Counted from the stretch's first letter, positions 37,133-47,099 are shown. The stretch is DNA of 64,000 nt from Acidobacteriota bacterium (GCA_963664705.1 OY761556.1:1184001-1248000); one strand, 5' to 3'. The notes: generated by a model not told the origin, from the letters alone. Made by a program: numbers and translations.

Positions 37133-38872
37133 CTACTTGAAGGCCGGTTTTTCCGAGGTGCCCTTTGCAAGTTCGAAATCGTTGGATTCGAGCAGGGTGT
37201 AGATAGCCCTCTGCAGTGTGATGATGGACTTCTTATAATTGATCATCGCTTGCAGATACTGAAATTCTGCTTGGGCTAACTGGTCCTGCCGTTGCAAAAC
37301 AAGGTAGTTCTGGCTAAGCCCGGCTTCCATTCGTTTTGCTTCGCCATCCAGTCTTTCTTTTGAGAACCTTCTGCCGGATTCAGCAGCCAAGACCTGATTC
37401 CTTCGGGTCTCCAGCTGTTGAACTGCATTGCGGACATCCACCTGAATCGACTGCTCGGTCTGCTTCCGCCGCATCAACTCCTGCCGCTTGGAAATATCCT
37501 GCTGTGCGAGCTGAGCATCAAGGCTGCGATTCCTCAAAGGTATCGTCAACTGAAATTGGATGGACCAGTTGTTATACCCCTCTGTGAAGATCGTTTTATA
37601 CGCGTTTCCGATCCCGCCGACGAGCGAGGGAAGAGTATTTGGGATTAGGTTGCCGTTCGCGTCTTTCAGCAGAGCTCCAGTGAAAGCGTCCGCCTTGTAG
37701 CTCTGTGGGCCGGCCGTACCGTTGCTCCCGAATTGGCCGGTGAGATCTAACTGCCACTTGCGGTTGTTCTCTAACAGTTTCCGGTTGATATCGATCTTGC
37801 TGATGCTGATCCGCGACTGTTCAAGTTCAGGTCTGTTGGCGAGGGCGGTATTGATGGCATCATCCAGACTCACCTTGTATTCTTTGAAATCAGGAGTGTC
37901 CGTCGGGACAATTACCTGACGCCAGATTTCCGAATTTCTGTTGCTGGAAACCAGCGCGCGCAGGGCATTTTCCTGGCTCAATAGTGTTTCTTCAGAAGCA
38001 ATCAGATCGACCTCGCGCTGGGCCATGGTGGCCTCGGCATCGGTTACATCGATAGGTGCAAGGGTGCCGACTTCCACTTTTTTTCTGTTGTCCCGCAGGT
38101 TGATTCGAGCCAGCTGTACAGAGTCGCGCTTGATGGTGTAATCCCGGATCGCCGACACGAGGCTCCAGTATTGGGTCTGAATGTTGGCGACGGTATCCGT
38201 GACCTTTTGTTTGAATGAGCTGTCCGTGTTTTTAAGGTCAAGGTTATAAAGCTTGATATTTCCGCGGGTGCTGTCAATGCGCAGGTTTTTCAACAGCGGT
38301 TGCGTGAAGCTGACCACGGCGGAACTGCTATATTGCGGGTTGAAGGTGGCGAATGTGCTGTTTGAATCCGAACGCGAGGAGTTCCACTGTACGCGAACGC
38401 TTCCACCGGTCTTGACGGTCTGGTTAAACGTGAAATTCCATTGGGCGGCATCATTCTTGTTAAAGCTCGAAGTGGATGCACTGGTGTAGTTGGTGATTGC
38501 GCTCTTTTGCGAATTCACGCCCAGGGTGCCGGTCAGTCTGGGGTCGTAATCGCCGTAGGTCTGCTGGATTCTTTGCTGAGACATTTGCTCGTTCGTGTCC
38601 TGGATGGCAATGTCCAGGTTGTTCTGAAGGGCGAGCTTTGTGATTTCTTTGAGCGACAAAGGCAATGCAGTTCCGTCCTTCTGTGCTTTCTCGATCGGGC
38701 TCGATGGCAGCGGAGGAAGATCTGCGGGTGCCGATGTTTTTGGGCTCGCAGCCGCCTGCGCAGCTGCCTCCTGCGCCATGGCAACAGGCGAAATTGCACT
38801 GAATACAAGAACTAAGCACAAGATGCCCGACACGGCGGAAATCCAGCGCGGCAAACTGGCACTCTGATTCAT
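37133..38872 (-). CDS. TolC family outer membrane protein
   Basis: Signal peptide; LSL.E....AL.NNLDI, FTQPLL, YW.LV, A..NRPEL, two OEP repeats; AAGGAG SD. Confidence 0.88.
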   Translation of the reverse strand: MNQSASLPRWISAVSGILCLVLVFSAISPVAMAQEAAAQAAASPKTSAPADLPPLPSSPIEKAQKDGTALPLSLKEITKLALQNNLDIAIQDTNEQMSQQRIQQTYGDYDPRLTGTLGVNSQKSAITNYTSASTSSFNKNDAAQWNFTFNQTVKTGGSVRVQWNSSRSDSNSTFATFNPQYSSSAVVSFTQPLLKNLRIDSTRGNIKLYNLDLKNTDSSFKQKVTDTVANIQTQYWSLVSAIRDYTIKRDSVQLARINLRDNRKKVEVGTLAPIDVTDAEATMAQREVDLIASEETLLSQENALRALVSSNRNSEIWRQVIVPTDTPDFKEYKVSLDDAINTALANRPELEQSRISISKIDINRKLLENNRKWQLDLTGQFGSNGTAGPQSYKADAFTGALLKDANGNLIPNTLPSLVGGIGNAYKTIFTEGYNNWSIQFQLTIPLRNRSLDAQLAQQDISKRQELMRRKQTEQSIQVDVRNAVQQLETRRNQVLAAESGRRFSKERLDGEAKRMEAGLSQNYLVLQRQDQLAQAEFQYLQAMINYKKSIITLQRAIYTLLESNDFELAKGTSEKPAFK

Positions 38873-38926
38873 AAACAGGACTCCTTAATGATTTGAAAAA
38901 GCCAAGCCTGCGTAACAATTAATCAA

Positions 38927-38953
38927 TACGATAAATGGAGGAAAACTGTTTCA
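38927..38953 (-). promoter_or_regulatory. Candidate ECF sigma promoter for the tolC-like gene
   Basis: TGAAAC-N17-CGTA on the minus strand. Confidence 0.5.
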
Positions 38954-39068
38954 AGAAGCTTGTGATTGTTGCAACTTCGAGATAAGCAGGATTCCCGGAT
39001 TGCAAATGCAGCCTGATGCGCTAGCAACCTGCACTGCGAAAATATCGGACTGACCCGCCTAAATCAAC

Positions 39069-39100
39069 AAAAAAGGGGACCGCGTTCCGGCAGTCCCCGT
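39069..39100 (-). terminator. Rho-independent terminator after the M48 peptidase gene
   Basis: GGGGAC...GTCCCC followed by a T run on the minus strand. Confidence 0.75.
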
Positions 39101-39127
39101 TCTTGGAACCGATTTGTAATGTGTTTG

Positions 39128-40180
39128 TTAAGGCGTTGGCTGCTGATCCGGTGGATCACTCGGCCGTTTTAATGTCGGTCGGCTCTTTTTCGGAGTGTCG
39201 CTTCCGTCATCGCCAGTGCCATCCGCCGGGTCCGGCCCCCCGCCTTCCGTCCGGCGCTTCAGTGTGGGGCGCTTCTGTTCCTTTTCTCCGGAGGCTTCTT
39301 CCGACTTTTGGGCGTTATCGATTGCCAGCAATCGCGCTTTTACCCGATCAAATTCGGAGGTATTGATCATGTAGTTGTCTTTTTCGGGCAAAAATCGTTC
39401 CTCGTCCAGTGATGCCAAAATCCGGTCATCGGTGGAGGGGTGCGTGCGAAACCAGCCCGCCAGCTTTCCCGGTTTGCTTTTTTCCTGCTCCTGCATCTTT
39501 TCAAAGAAGGAGACGAATGCATTGGGATCGTACCCGGTGTTCCACAGGTATTGGATGCCCAATTGATCGGCCTCACGCTCGGATTCCCGGGTAATACCCA
39601 TCAACTCCAGGTTAATGCCTAATCCCAAGGCTTGCTGGATTCCCATCTGCGCCCAGTAGCCGCCGACAAAAAGGGCCGGGATCGAAAATATCTGGAGATA
39701 CTGGCCTTTGGACATGCGCTGCGTAGCGTGGCGCGCGGTAACATGGGAAATTTCGTGAGCCATGACTCCCGCCAGTTCCGCTTCATTTTCCGCAGCCAGA
39801 ATCAGGCCCTTGTTAACATAGAAATATCCGCCTGGAAACGCAAAAGCATTGACCTCATCGGTATCCACGACCTTAATGTGGAATGGGACTTTTGCATCGG
39901 AGTGCTTGACGAGGTTCTGCCCGATGCGATCCACATACTCGCTGACAACGGGATCGTCAATTAAACGAGCGGTCTGTTCGAATTCCGCAGCGATCTGATT
40001 CCCCATGGCAATCTCTTTTTCCAGAGATACCCAGTTGGGTAGAACCCCAAAGATCTTTCCCGAGACGCTGCGATTCCCGATGTTTTCCACATCTCCGTGC
40101 TTCCTGTCGGCATATCCCGGAAGCGAAAGGAACGTTGTGGCCAGGACCGAGATCGCAATTTTCGCAGACAGTCCCTTCAT
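39128..40180 (-). CDS. M48 family metalloprotease (BepA/YfgC-like)
   Basis: Signal peptide; NAFA.PGG, ELAGVMAHEISH, E.EAD, THP. Confidence 0.9.
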   Translation of the reverse strand: MKGLSAKIAISVLATTFLSLPGYADRKHGDVENIGNRSVSGKIFGVLPNWVSLEKEIAMGNQIAAEFEQTARLIDDPVVSEYVDRIGQNLVKHSDAKVPFHIKVVDTDEVNAFAFPGGYFYVNKGLILAAENEAELAGVMAHEISHVTARHATQRMSKGQYLQIFSIPALFVGGYWAQMGIQQALGLGINLELMGITRESEREADQLGIQYLWNTGYDPNAFVSFFEKMQEQEKSKPGKLAGWFRTHPSTDDRILASLDEERFLPEKDNYMINTSEFDRVKARLLAIDNAQKSEEASGEKEQKRPTLKRRTEGGGPDPADGTGDDGSDTPKKSRPTLKRPSDPPDQQPTP

Positions 40181-40282
40181 ACAAATCCTCCACTGGGAGC
40201 GTTGTTTTCTCCGGCAACCCCCGCTATGCTAGAGCATTGAAAACAGACGAGGCCAACGGCCGGACTCATTTTCAACGTATTA

Positions 40283-40311
40283 TTAGATGTGCCGGGCTCC
40301 CTGATGTTTCA
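40283..40311 (-). promoter_or_regulatory. Candidate ECF sigma promoter for the M48 peptidase gene
   Basis: TGAAAC-N16-CATCTAA on the minus strand. Confidence 0.45.
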
Positions 40312-40461
40312 CTTCCTGATTCTAGGATGCGCCCGCACCGCTGTCAACCATTGTGAAATCGGTGTTCAGGTGATGGGTGCCAGGAATTCGGGTTGCCGGA
40401 ACCGGTTGGCGTGCTTTTATTTCGGGAATCGCTGGTCAAACTCTACGGGATGCGCGCATCT

Positions 40462-42048
40462 ATGAAAATATTAAGTGCAAGACAGATGGCAGAAGTTGAT
40501 CGACTCACCACGGAGCGCTACCGAATTCCGTCGATCCTTCTCATGGAAAACGCCGGCCGCCTGACGGCGGAGGAAATTGAAAAAGCCTGCCCGGGTTTTG
40601 ACAGGAAGAAGATCATTATCCTCTGCGGAAGGGGAAACAATGGCGGAGATGGGTTTGTCGTTGCACGGTACCTTGCTCTGGCCAATGCAAAGCCCACGAT
40701 CCTGCTGTTTACGGAGCCGGATAAAATCATAGGCGATGCCCGGACCAACTTTGAAATCGCCCAGGCAATGGGCCTGAACATCCAGGTTTTGCCGACACCG
40801 GTTAAAGCGAAGTCCTATCTGAAAAAAGTACTGTGTCCCGATATTATTGTGGATGCATTGTTTGGAACCGGACTCTCGAAGCCGGTCGGACCCGATTACC
40901 GGCATGTAGTGGATTGGGTTAACCAGCATCACGCCCATGCTTTTATCGCCGCGGTGGATATCCCGTCAGGACTCATGGCGGATTCTCCGGAAGTGATCGG
41001 ACCTTCGGTCAAAGCCCACCTGACCGTTACATTTTCAGCGCTGAAGCTGGCGCATCTTGTTCCTCCGGCTTCGGATTATGCGGGAAAAGTGGTTTTGGTT
41101 CACATTGGTTCTCCCCAGGCCCTCTTTGAAGATCCGGCATACCGGTTGAACCTCGTCGATGCATTGCAGGTACGGTCAACAATTCCCGAAAGGGCCCGGA
41201 GCGGACACAAAGGCTCCTATGGACATGTGTATGCTGTTGCGGGGTCGCGTGGAAAGAGCGGAGCTGCCCTGATGACCGGGCTGGCGGCTCTTCGATCCGG
41301 GGCGGGACTGGTGACCCTATGGCTTCCTGCCAGCCTGCAAAAACTGCTGGCCGGAAAGTTTCCCGAATTGATGATCGAAGCGCTGCCGGAAACCGAGGAT
41401 GGAACTCCGGATCGATCCGGAGCCGAGCGTGTTTTATCGCTGCTTCCGGATATGGATGCGCTTGTACTTGGGCCCGGCATCACGACCCACCCTTCCACGA
41501 AAAAACTTGTGTGGGAACTCGTCCGACGTTCTCCTGTTCCGGTCGTGCTCGATGCGGATGGAATCAATGCCTTCGTGCCTCCCGCCGAACCTGTCCGGAA
41601 TGAACAGAATCAGCCGGTAATCCTTACCCCCCATCCCGGCGAAATGGCCCGACTGATCGGGAAGAAGATCTCCGATGTGCAAAAGGACAGGCTTGGAACC
41701 GCCCGTGCGTTTGCCGTCGCAAGACGCTGCTATCTGGTGCTCAAAGGCTTCCAGACCGTAATCGCGACACCTGGTGGAGATCTTTACATCAACAACACGG
41801 GCAATCCGGGTATGGCAACCGGTGGAACAGGAGATATCCTTGCCGGCATGATGGGGCGCTTTGTTGCGGCATGGAATATTCTGAATGCCCGGCAGCATGA
41901 GGCTCGCCTGGATGATTTTATCTGTGCCGCCGTGCACCTTCACGGCCTGGCGGGCGATCTGGGCGCCGAAGTAAAAGGGGTAGAATCGTTGGTTGCGACC
42001 GATCTCCTGGATTATCTGCCCGCTGCATTCAAGAAAGTGTCAAATTAA
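40462..42048 (+). CDS. nnr: Bifunctional NAD(P)H-hydrate epimerase/dehydratase
   Basis: LMENAG, GNNGGDG, DALFGTG, DIPSG, HKG.YG, DADG, TPHPGE, GGTGD; alternative ATG at 40450. Confidence 0.93.
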   Translation: MKILSARQMAEVDRLTTERYRIPSILLMENAGRLTAEEIEKACPGFDRKKIIILCGRGNNGGDGFVVARYLALANAKPTILLFTEPDKIIGDARTNFEIAQAMGLNIQVLPTPVKAKSYLKKVLCPDIIVDALFGTGLSKPVGPDYRHVVDWVNQHHAHAFIAAVDIPSGLMADSPEVIGPSVKAHLTVTFSALKLAHLVPPASDYAGKVVLVHIGSPQALFEDPAYRLNLVDALQVRSTIPERARSGHKGSYGHVYAVAGSRGKSGAALMTGLAALRSGAGLVTLWLPASLQKLLAGKFPELMIEALPETEDGTPDRSGAERVLSLLPDMDALVLGPGITTHPSTKKLVWELVRRSPVPVVLDADGINAFVPPAEPVRNEQNQPVILTPHPGEMARLIGKKISDVQKDRLGTARAFAVARRCYLVLKGFQTVIATPGGDLYINNTGNPGMATGGTGDILAGMMGRFVAAWNILNARQHEARLDDFICAAVHLHGLAGDLGAEVKGVESLVATDLLDYLPAAFKKVSN

Positions 42049-42521
42049 TGAAGCCTCGGAAGACGAGGAAACAGGAAGAGAAGATCTCACACATCCGGAC
42101 GCGTTCCCCGGAGGAGACGCAGAAAATCGGGTTTGATGTCGGCAGATCTTTGGTCATTCCGGCTGTGGTGCTGCTGCGAGGCTCTCTCGGGGCCGGCAAA
42201 ACCACGCTGACCCGGGGAATTGCGATGGGCCTGGGATTGGAGGATACGAGCCTGGTGAATAGTCCGTCCTTCACTCTTGTTAATGTTTATCACGGTACAT
42301 GCCCTGTCTATCACGTGGATCTCTATAGGCTCGAAGGGGAAAGAGACCTGTATTCAATCGGGATGGATGATTTCCTGGGAAGCGAGGGAGTTACGGTCGT
42401 GGAGTGGAGCGAACGGCTGGCCGGCTCATTCGAAAACGCTACCCTCATCGAAATCGAGGATGCGGGCGGAGATGAACGCATTCTGCATATCCGTGCCGCT
42501 TCGAAGCGGAGATCGAAATAG
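42048..42521 (+). CDS. tsaE: tRNA t6A37 biosynthesis ATPase
   Basis: G.LGAGKTT, SPSFTLVN.Y, H.DLYRL, VEW. Confidence 0.93.
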   Translation: MKPRKTRKQEEKISHIRTRSPEETQKIGFDVGRSLVIPAVVLLRGSLGAGKTTLTRGIAMGLGLEDTSLVNSPSFTLVNVYHGTCPVYHVDLYRLEGERDLYSIGMDDFLGSEGVTVVEWSERLAGSFENATLIEIEDAGGDERILHIRAASKRRSK

Positions 42522-42557
42522 GAGATATTTCTGTCTAATTCGACAAATGGCGAGAGT

Positions 42558-43799
42558 ATGAAATTCAAGGGTTTGCCCGGGATCACGGCAGCATGGCCCG
42601 AATTCCTGCAGTCCGGACTTCCGGCCTATGAAGTGCCAGTCAGCGTGCGGGATCTGGCTTTGCGCGCAAGCGCCCTGCAGGGCCGCACTGCCGATGGCGA
42701 ACTGATACGACTGCTTACGAGTCGAGATGCGGGTGAACTGCCACTATCCGAGAGCATTGGGCGATTGGGCCGACCGGATGCGGTCGTTATCCTGGCGAAA
42801 ATATACTCTGGTTTCCTGGGCGGCCCCATAGCTCAAATTCTGAAGTGTCTGACCGCCATCAAGCTTTCGGCGCAACTGCGAGCCTGCTCGGTCAATGCCG
42901 TTCCCGTTGCATGGGTTGATTCCGGCGTCTGCAATTTCCCGGTCTGGGAGATCGCTCTTGTGGATGATGCCGAAATCCGGTCTTTTGGGGTTGCGCCCGG
43001 AGCCGTGATTCCCGGTACGATTTCTGAAACGCTCTCGATCATCGAGAACTTCGGTCGAGATGCATACGATGGCGAAGTGCTGGATGTCATCAGACGGTCA
43101 TTTGCCGCCGGACGGTCGTTTTCCTCCGCAACTGCAGAGCTGTTTTCCTCGCTGCTGCAGCAGTGGGGAATGATCCTGATCGATTCCGCCGGCATTCGCC
43201 GGAGTCCGTCGGAGCTTCTGCCCGTGCTGTCCTGGGTCCTGAGTCCTTTCGAGGTTGACCCGGTCTCACCGCGAGTTTCCACCACCGCGTCCGCTCCGAT
43301 CACCGCGTGGCCGCAGGCAAGTGCAACGATAGGCGACGTCCGCGTTCATAGGACTATGGATCGGTATGGCCTCGAGTTAAAGCAGCTATTCGAGGGAGAA
43401 GCCGCCGTTCTTGGAGTTATCAGAAATTCGCTTCCGCGTGGAAGCCTGGACAAACTGTCCGGACTCAAACATGAGGTTGAGACAGGGATCGGATCCCTGA
43501 CCGCGCTGGCTGAGGATGAGAGCGGGTTTTCCAAACTTGCACGCAGCACGCAGGAAAAAATATTGTATCAGTTGAACAAATTGCAGACCCATTTTGATGC
43601 CGCGCTGAAAGCAAAAGAAGATGTGGCCGCAAGGCGAATTCGCAACGCCTGCGCATTGCTGGCTCCGGGCGGACGCCTGCAGGAAATGGCAATCGGCGCG
43701 GTCCAGATTCCGTTGCGCTATTCAACTCGCGGATTGAATGTGCTATATGAGCACATCGATGTTACGAGGTTCGAGCACCAACTAATTTGGATGGATTGA
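42558..43799 (+). CDS. bshC: Degenerate BshC-like protein
   Basis: GGP....K..TAIKL, VPV.W, C-terminal helical hairpin and L.P.G.LQE...HQ; next to bshB1; short, with key motifs altered. Confidence 0.6.
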   Translation: MKFKGLPGITAAWPEFLQSGLPAYEVPVSVRDLALRASALQGRTADGELIRLLTSRDAGELPLSESIGRLGRPDAVVILAKIYSGFLGGPIAQILKCLTAIKLSAQLRACSVNAVPVAWVDSGVCNFPVWEIALVDDAEIRSFGVAPGAVIPGTISETLSIIENFGRDAYDGEVLDVIRRSFAAGRSFSSATAELFSSLLQQWGMILIDSAGIRRSPSELLPVLSWVLSPFEVDPVSPRVSTTASAPITAWPQASATIGDVRVHRTMDRYGLELKQLFEGEAAVLGVIRNSLPRGSLDKLSGLKHEVETGIGSLTALAEDESGFSKLARSTQEKILYQLNKLQTHFDAALKAKEDVAARRIRNACALLAPGGRLQEMAIGAVQIPLRYSTRGLNVLYEHIDVTRFEHQLIWMD

Positions 43800-43803
43800 A
43801 GCA

Positions 43804-44535
43804 ATGCAACTAGACGTACTGGCTTTTGGGGCGCACCCCGATGACGTTGAGCTTTTTGCCGGCGGCACAATGGCAAAATTGGCCGCACTTGGCCATGCCA
43901 CGGGGATTGTGGATATGTCCCGGGGAGAACTGGGGACGCGTGGAACGCCGGCTCTTCGGAAGAAGGAAGCATCTGAAGCGGCCAAAATACTCGGCGTCAA
44001 AATCCGGGACAACATGGGCTTTCCCGATGGAGCGGTGCCCGTCACGGACGCGGCAAGGTTGAAGGTCATCCGCGTCCTGCGGAAATACCGTCCGCAGATT
44101 GTCCTGACCCACCATTGGGACGACAAGCATCCGGATCATGTGCACACAAGCCGGCTGGTGGCCGAAGCCGTTCACCACTCCGGGCTCGCCAAGATCCGCA
44201 CCGGGCAGGAGCGGTTTCGCCCTTCCACACTTCTGTTTTACAAGGTTCCGACAAATCAGATCCCTAGCTTTGTTGTGGATATTACGGAATATGCGGAGCA
44301 GCGCATGGCAGCGATTACTGCCTACCGGTCCCAGTTACATGATCCCTCGAGCCGTGAACCTGCCACCAAGCTGAGCCATCCGGATTTCCTTGTGCACATC
44401 GAGAATATCCATTCTTTTTATGGAACGCTTATCGGAAAGCGGAAGGGGGAGGGATTTCAATATAAAGAGGTTCTGGAAATAGAGGATCCCGTCGCCCATT
44501 TTGGGCACAGGTTCAAGGCGAAAAGACAGGATTAG
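43804..44535 (+). CDS. bshB1: Bacillithiol biosynthesis deacetylase (PIG-L family)
   Basis: AHPDDVE, GELGTRGT...R..E, HPDH, P.FVVDIT, Y.SQ, G..IG...GEGF. Confidence 0.88.
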   Translation: MQLDVLAFGAHPDDVELFAGGTMAKLAALGHATGIVDMSRGELGTRGTPALRKKEASEAAKILGVKIRDNMGFPDGAVPVTDAARLKVIRVLRKYRPQIVLTHHWDDKHPDHVHTSRLVAEAVHHSGLAKIRTGQERFRPSTLLFYKVPTNQIPSFVVDITEYAEQRMAAITAYRSQLHDPSSREPATKLSHPDFLVHIENIHSFYGTLIGKRKGEGFQYKEVLEIEDPVAHFGHRFKAKRQD

Positions 44536-44642
44536 ACAAGTCGGGCTCATTTGCACCAGCGCTCCCGGTGCAGAGCTTTCCACTAACGATTGATCCCGGA
44601 CCGCTGATATAATCGCCGCCCCCGGGGAGAAGAGATCCGCAG

Positions 44643-46073
44643 ATGTTTCGAGAACGTGCAAAGCTTTTCAACCGACTGCAGTTCGTCGCTGACGTTCTGA
44701 TTACTCTTGCCGCTTTCCCCGCAGCGTACTGGAGCCGGGTACACCTTTCGAAAATCCTGCCCGTTGAGTGGGATCAGTTGCTTAACCCCGTTTTGCTTCC
44801 ATTCCATGAATATTTCTGGATCGCGATGTTTGCGACTGCCTGCTGGTCCGGCGCGGCTTACTCGCTTGGGCTCTACAGGATTTCCATCCGGCGTTCGGGA
44901 TGGGAAAAGGTGCGGATCGCGCTGGAAAGCTCCATCCTCATCTGGTTCTTTCTCGGGTTCCTGTCATTTGCCCTGAAACTGGACCTCAGCCGTCCGCTTA
45001 TTGCACTGTTTGTTTTGTACCAGGCGGCCAGTATCAGTATTGCCAGAGGTGTTATTGCACTTCGTAGAAGGCGTCTTGCCCTTTCTTCAAAAAACTGCCG
45101 CAACGTCTTGATCATCGGGACCATGGCGAAAGCGCGCAAAATGGGCGGGCTTATTTCCAGATATTCCGACTGGGGGTTCCGGATCCTCGGCTATGTGGAT
45201 GTCAATGGATCTTCTCCGGATGAAGACAACAGTATTCTCGGGAAAATCGCCGATCTGCCGCAGATCATAGAAAATAATATCGTCGATGAAATCATATTTG
45301 TGGGGGACCGTCCCAACCTCGACCTGCTGGACGGGATTCTCGAACTCTGTAAAGAACAGGGCATTCGCACGCGTGTAGCGGCGGATTTCTTCCCGGCCAA
45401 GGTTTCCAATCTTTCCATGGAGTTTTTGGAAAACGTGCCGGTGATCACGTTCAGTTCTGCCCCGGATCACGGCTTTGCGCTTTTGATCAAACGATTTCTC
45501 GATATCGTGATCTCGGGTATATTGCTCGTTCTGCTGATTCCATTCTTTATTATCATCGGGCTGGCGGTCCGGTTGACCTCCAAAGGGCCGGCGATCTACC
45601 GGCAGACACGGTGCGGCCTGTACGGACGGAAATTCATGCTGTATAAGATCCGAAGCATGCGGGAAGGCGCCGAGGACGTCTTGTGGGAGATCAAGCACCT
45701 CAATGAAATGGATGGACCTGTGTTCAAGATGCGCAACGATCCCCGCGTGACGCCGCTCGGACGTGTCCTCCGGAAAACCTCTATTGATGAATTGCCCCAG
45801 CTCTGGAATGTGCTCAAAGGCGATATGAGCCTGGTGGGACCGCGTGCGCCGCTGCCGGACGAGGTAAAGGAATACACGCGCTGGCAAAGACGGAGACTGT
45901 CGGTTAAGCCGGGCATCACATGCCTGTGGCAGGTTTCCGGCCGCAACGAAATCGATTTCCACGAGTGGATGAAGCTCGACCTGCATTACATCGATAACTG
46001 GTCGTTATTCCTCGATTTCAAGATTCTGCTGCGAACGTTCCCCGTTGTAATTTTCGGCAAGGGCGCAAGGTAA
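44643..46073 (+). CDS. Polyprenyl-phosphate sugar phosphotransferase (WcaJ/CpsE family)
   Basis: N-terminal TMs, KR.LD, K.RSM, DPRVT..G..LRK.SIDELPQL.NVL.GDMSLVGPR, KPGIT. Confidence 0.92.
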   Translation: MFRERAKLFNRLQFVADVLITLAAFPAAYWSRVHLSKILPVEWDQLLNPVLLPFHEYFWIAMFATACWSGAAYSLGLYRISIRRSGWEKVRIALESSILIWFFLGFLSFALKLDLSRPLIALFVLYQAASISIARGVIALRRRRLALSSKNCRNVLIIGTMAKARKMGGLISRYSDWGFRILGYVDVNGSSPDEDNSILGKIADLPQIIENNIVDEIIFVGDRPNLDLLDGILELCKEQGIRTRVAADFFPAKVSNLSMEFLENVPVITFSSAPDHGFALLIKRFLDIVISGILLVLLIPFFIIIGLAVRLTSKGPAIYRQTRCGLYGRKFMLYKIRSMREGAEDVLWEIKHLNEMDGPVFKMRNDPRVTPLGRVLRKTSIDELPQLWNVLKGDMSLVGPRAPLPDEVKEYTRWQRRRLSVKPGITCLWQVSGRNEIDFHEWMKLDLHYIDNWSLFLDFKILLRTFPVVIFGKGAR

Positions 46074-46081
46074 CAATCGCG

Positions 46082-46723
46082 TCACTGTGAAATCAGCAAG
46101 GCACTGCTTACCTCTTTGATATGGCAGAATTCGGCAAGTTCCCGAATCTTTTCGGGAGAGGGCGGGGGTGCCAGGCGACTGTGATAGCTTCCAGGCCCCA
46201 GCAACAGATAAGCAAAAGTCTCGGCAAAATCGCCTGCAGGCGTGGCATAGTCTGCGCAGGCACTGCAGCCGTACCAGGGCATATTGGCGTCGATGCCACG
46301 CAGTTCCATCCAGTGTCTTCGCCTAGAGGCATCGTTATATTTCAAATCAAAGACATGTCCGAATTCATGCGCCAGATCAAAGGCAAGCGCACTCGGCGGA
46401 TCTTCGTTTTTGACATACACCTCGATCTGCTTCCGGTCGACCAGGGTCAAAGCCCTGTATCCGGGACGTCGATCGAGGAACGATACCCTGAATCCAAGAT
46501 CCTGCCACGGGAAATGAATCATCGCCAATGCGGTGGATCCGGCCTCTTCCCGCGGGTGACCCGCCCGCCCGGAGGGGGCGACGTCCGGAATCGAGGTTCT
46601 GCTGATCGATTTCGGAGAAAGGTCCTTCCGCACTCGAGATCTGGCCGTAACCACTGCATCCGCATGCAGAGCCAGTGTTACCAGCATAAAAACAAGCAGC
46701 AGTTTGTTCGTGGAGTATCGCAT
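46082..46723 (-). CDS. Secreted zinc-metalloprotease-like hypothetical protein
   Basis: Signal peptide; AHEFGH; W...RGI, C..C.DY, GDFAE.F. Confidence 0.65.
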   Translation of the reverse strand: MRYSTNKLLLVFMLVTLALHADAVVTARSRVRKDLSPKSISRTSIPDVAPSGRAGHPREEAGSTALAMIHFPWQDLGFRVSFLDRRPGYRALTLVDRKQIEVYVKNEDPPSALAFDLAHEFGHVFDLKYNDASRRRHWMELRGIDANMPWYGCSACADYATPAGDFAETFAYLLLGPGSYHSRLAPPPSPEKIRELAEFCHIKEVSSALLISQ

Positions 46724-46750
46724 CGAACCACGTATTTCTTTAAGGATGGA

Positions 46751-46805
46751 TGGGTAAAACTACTCACGCCTTGAGTAATTATACTCAAGTGCTCCCCCGT
46801 GTCAA
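46751..46805 (-). promoter_or_regulatory. Consensus sigma70 promoter with tandem palindromic operators
   Basis: TTGACA(46805-46800)-16-TATAAT(46783-46778); TGGGTA-N4-TACTCA at 46751 and TGAGTA-N4-TACTCA at 46772. Confidence 0.7.
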
Positions 46806-46922
46806 ATGCAGGATCAAGGTCAAGGCTTCCGGAGCACAAATTTGCGATTAGTTTGTTCGCCTGACTTGACCGAATTAGCAACCACATATCCTGGATCGTG
46901 CCACAACTGGATCCGCTATCTA

Positions 46923-47099
46923 TCAGTGTTTATGGAATTAGCGCTGTTTTTACCCAAACCGTCAAACCAGCGGCAGGCAAAGCGCCGCATAGGCGCGCCG
47001 GAAGATAGTCAGGGATGAGCGCGGCGAACCCCTGGAACAAGAGTTATTCATTCGGTATTTATGGGATTAGCGCCGTTTACACCAAACCGGTCAAGCCAG
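46923..47099. repeat. Two imperfect 48-bp direct repeats flanking a REP-like element
   Basis: 46923-46970 versus 47052-47099 (TC.GT.TTTATGG.ATTAGCGC.GTTT...CCAAACCG.TCAA.CCAG). Confidence 0.7.

Noticed and set aside
46923-47099. Possible mini-CRISPR
   Set aside because: Only two divergent copies, 81-nt spacer, no cas genes
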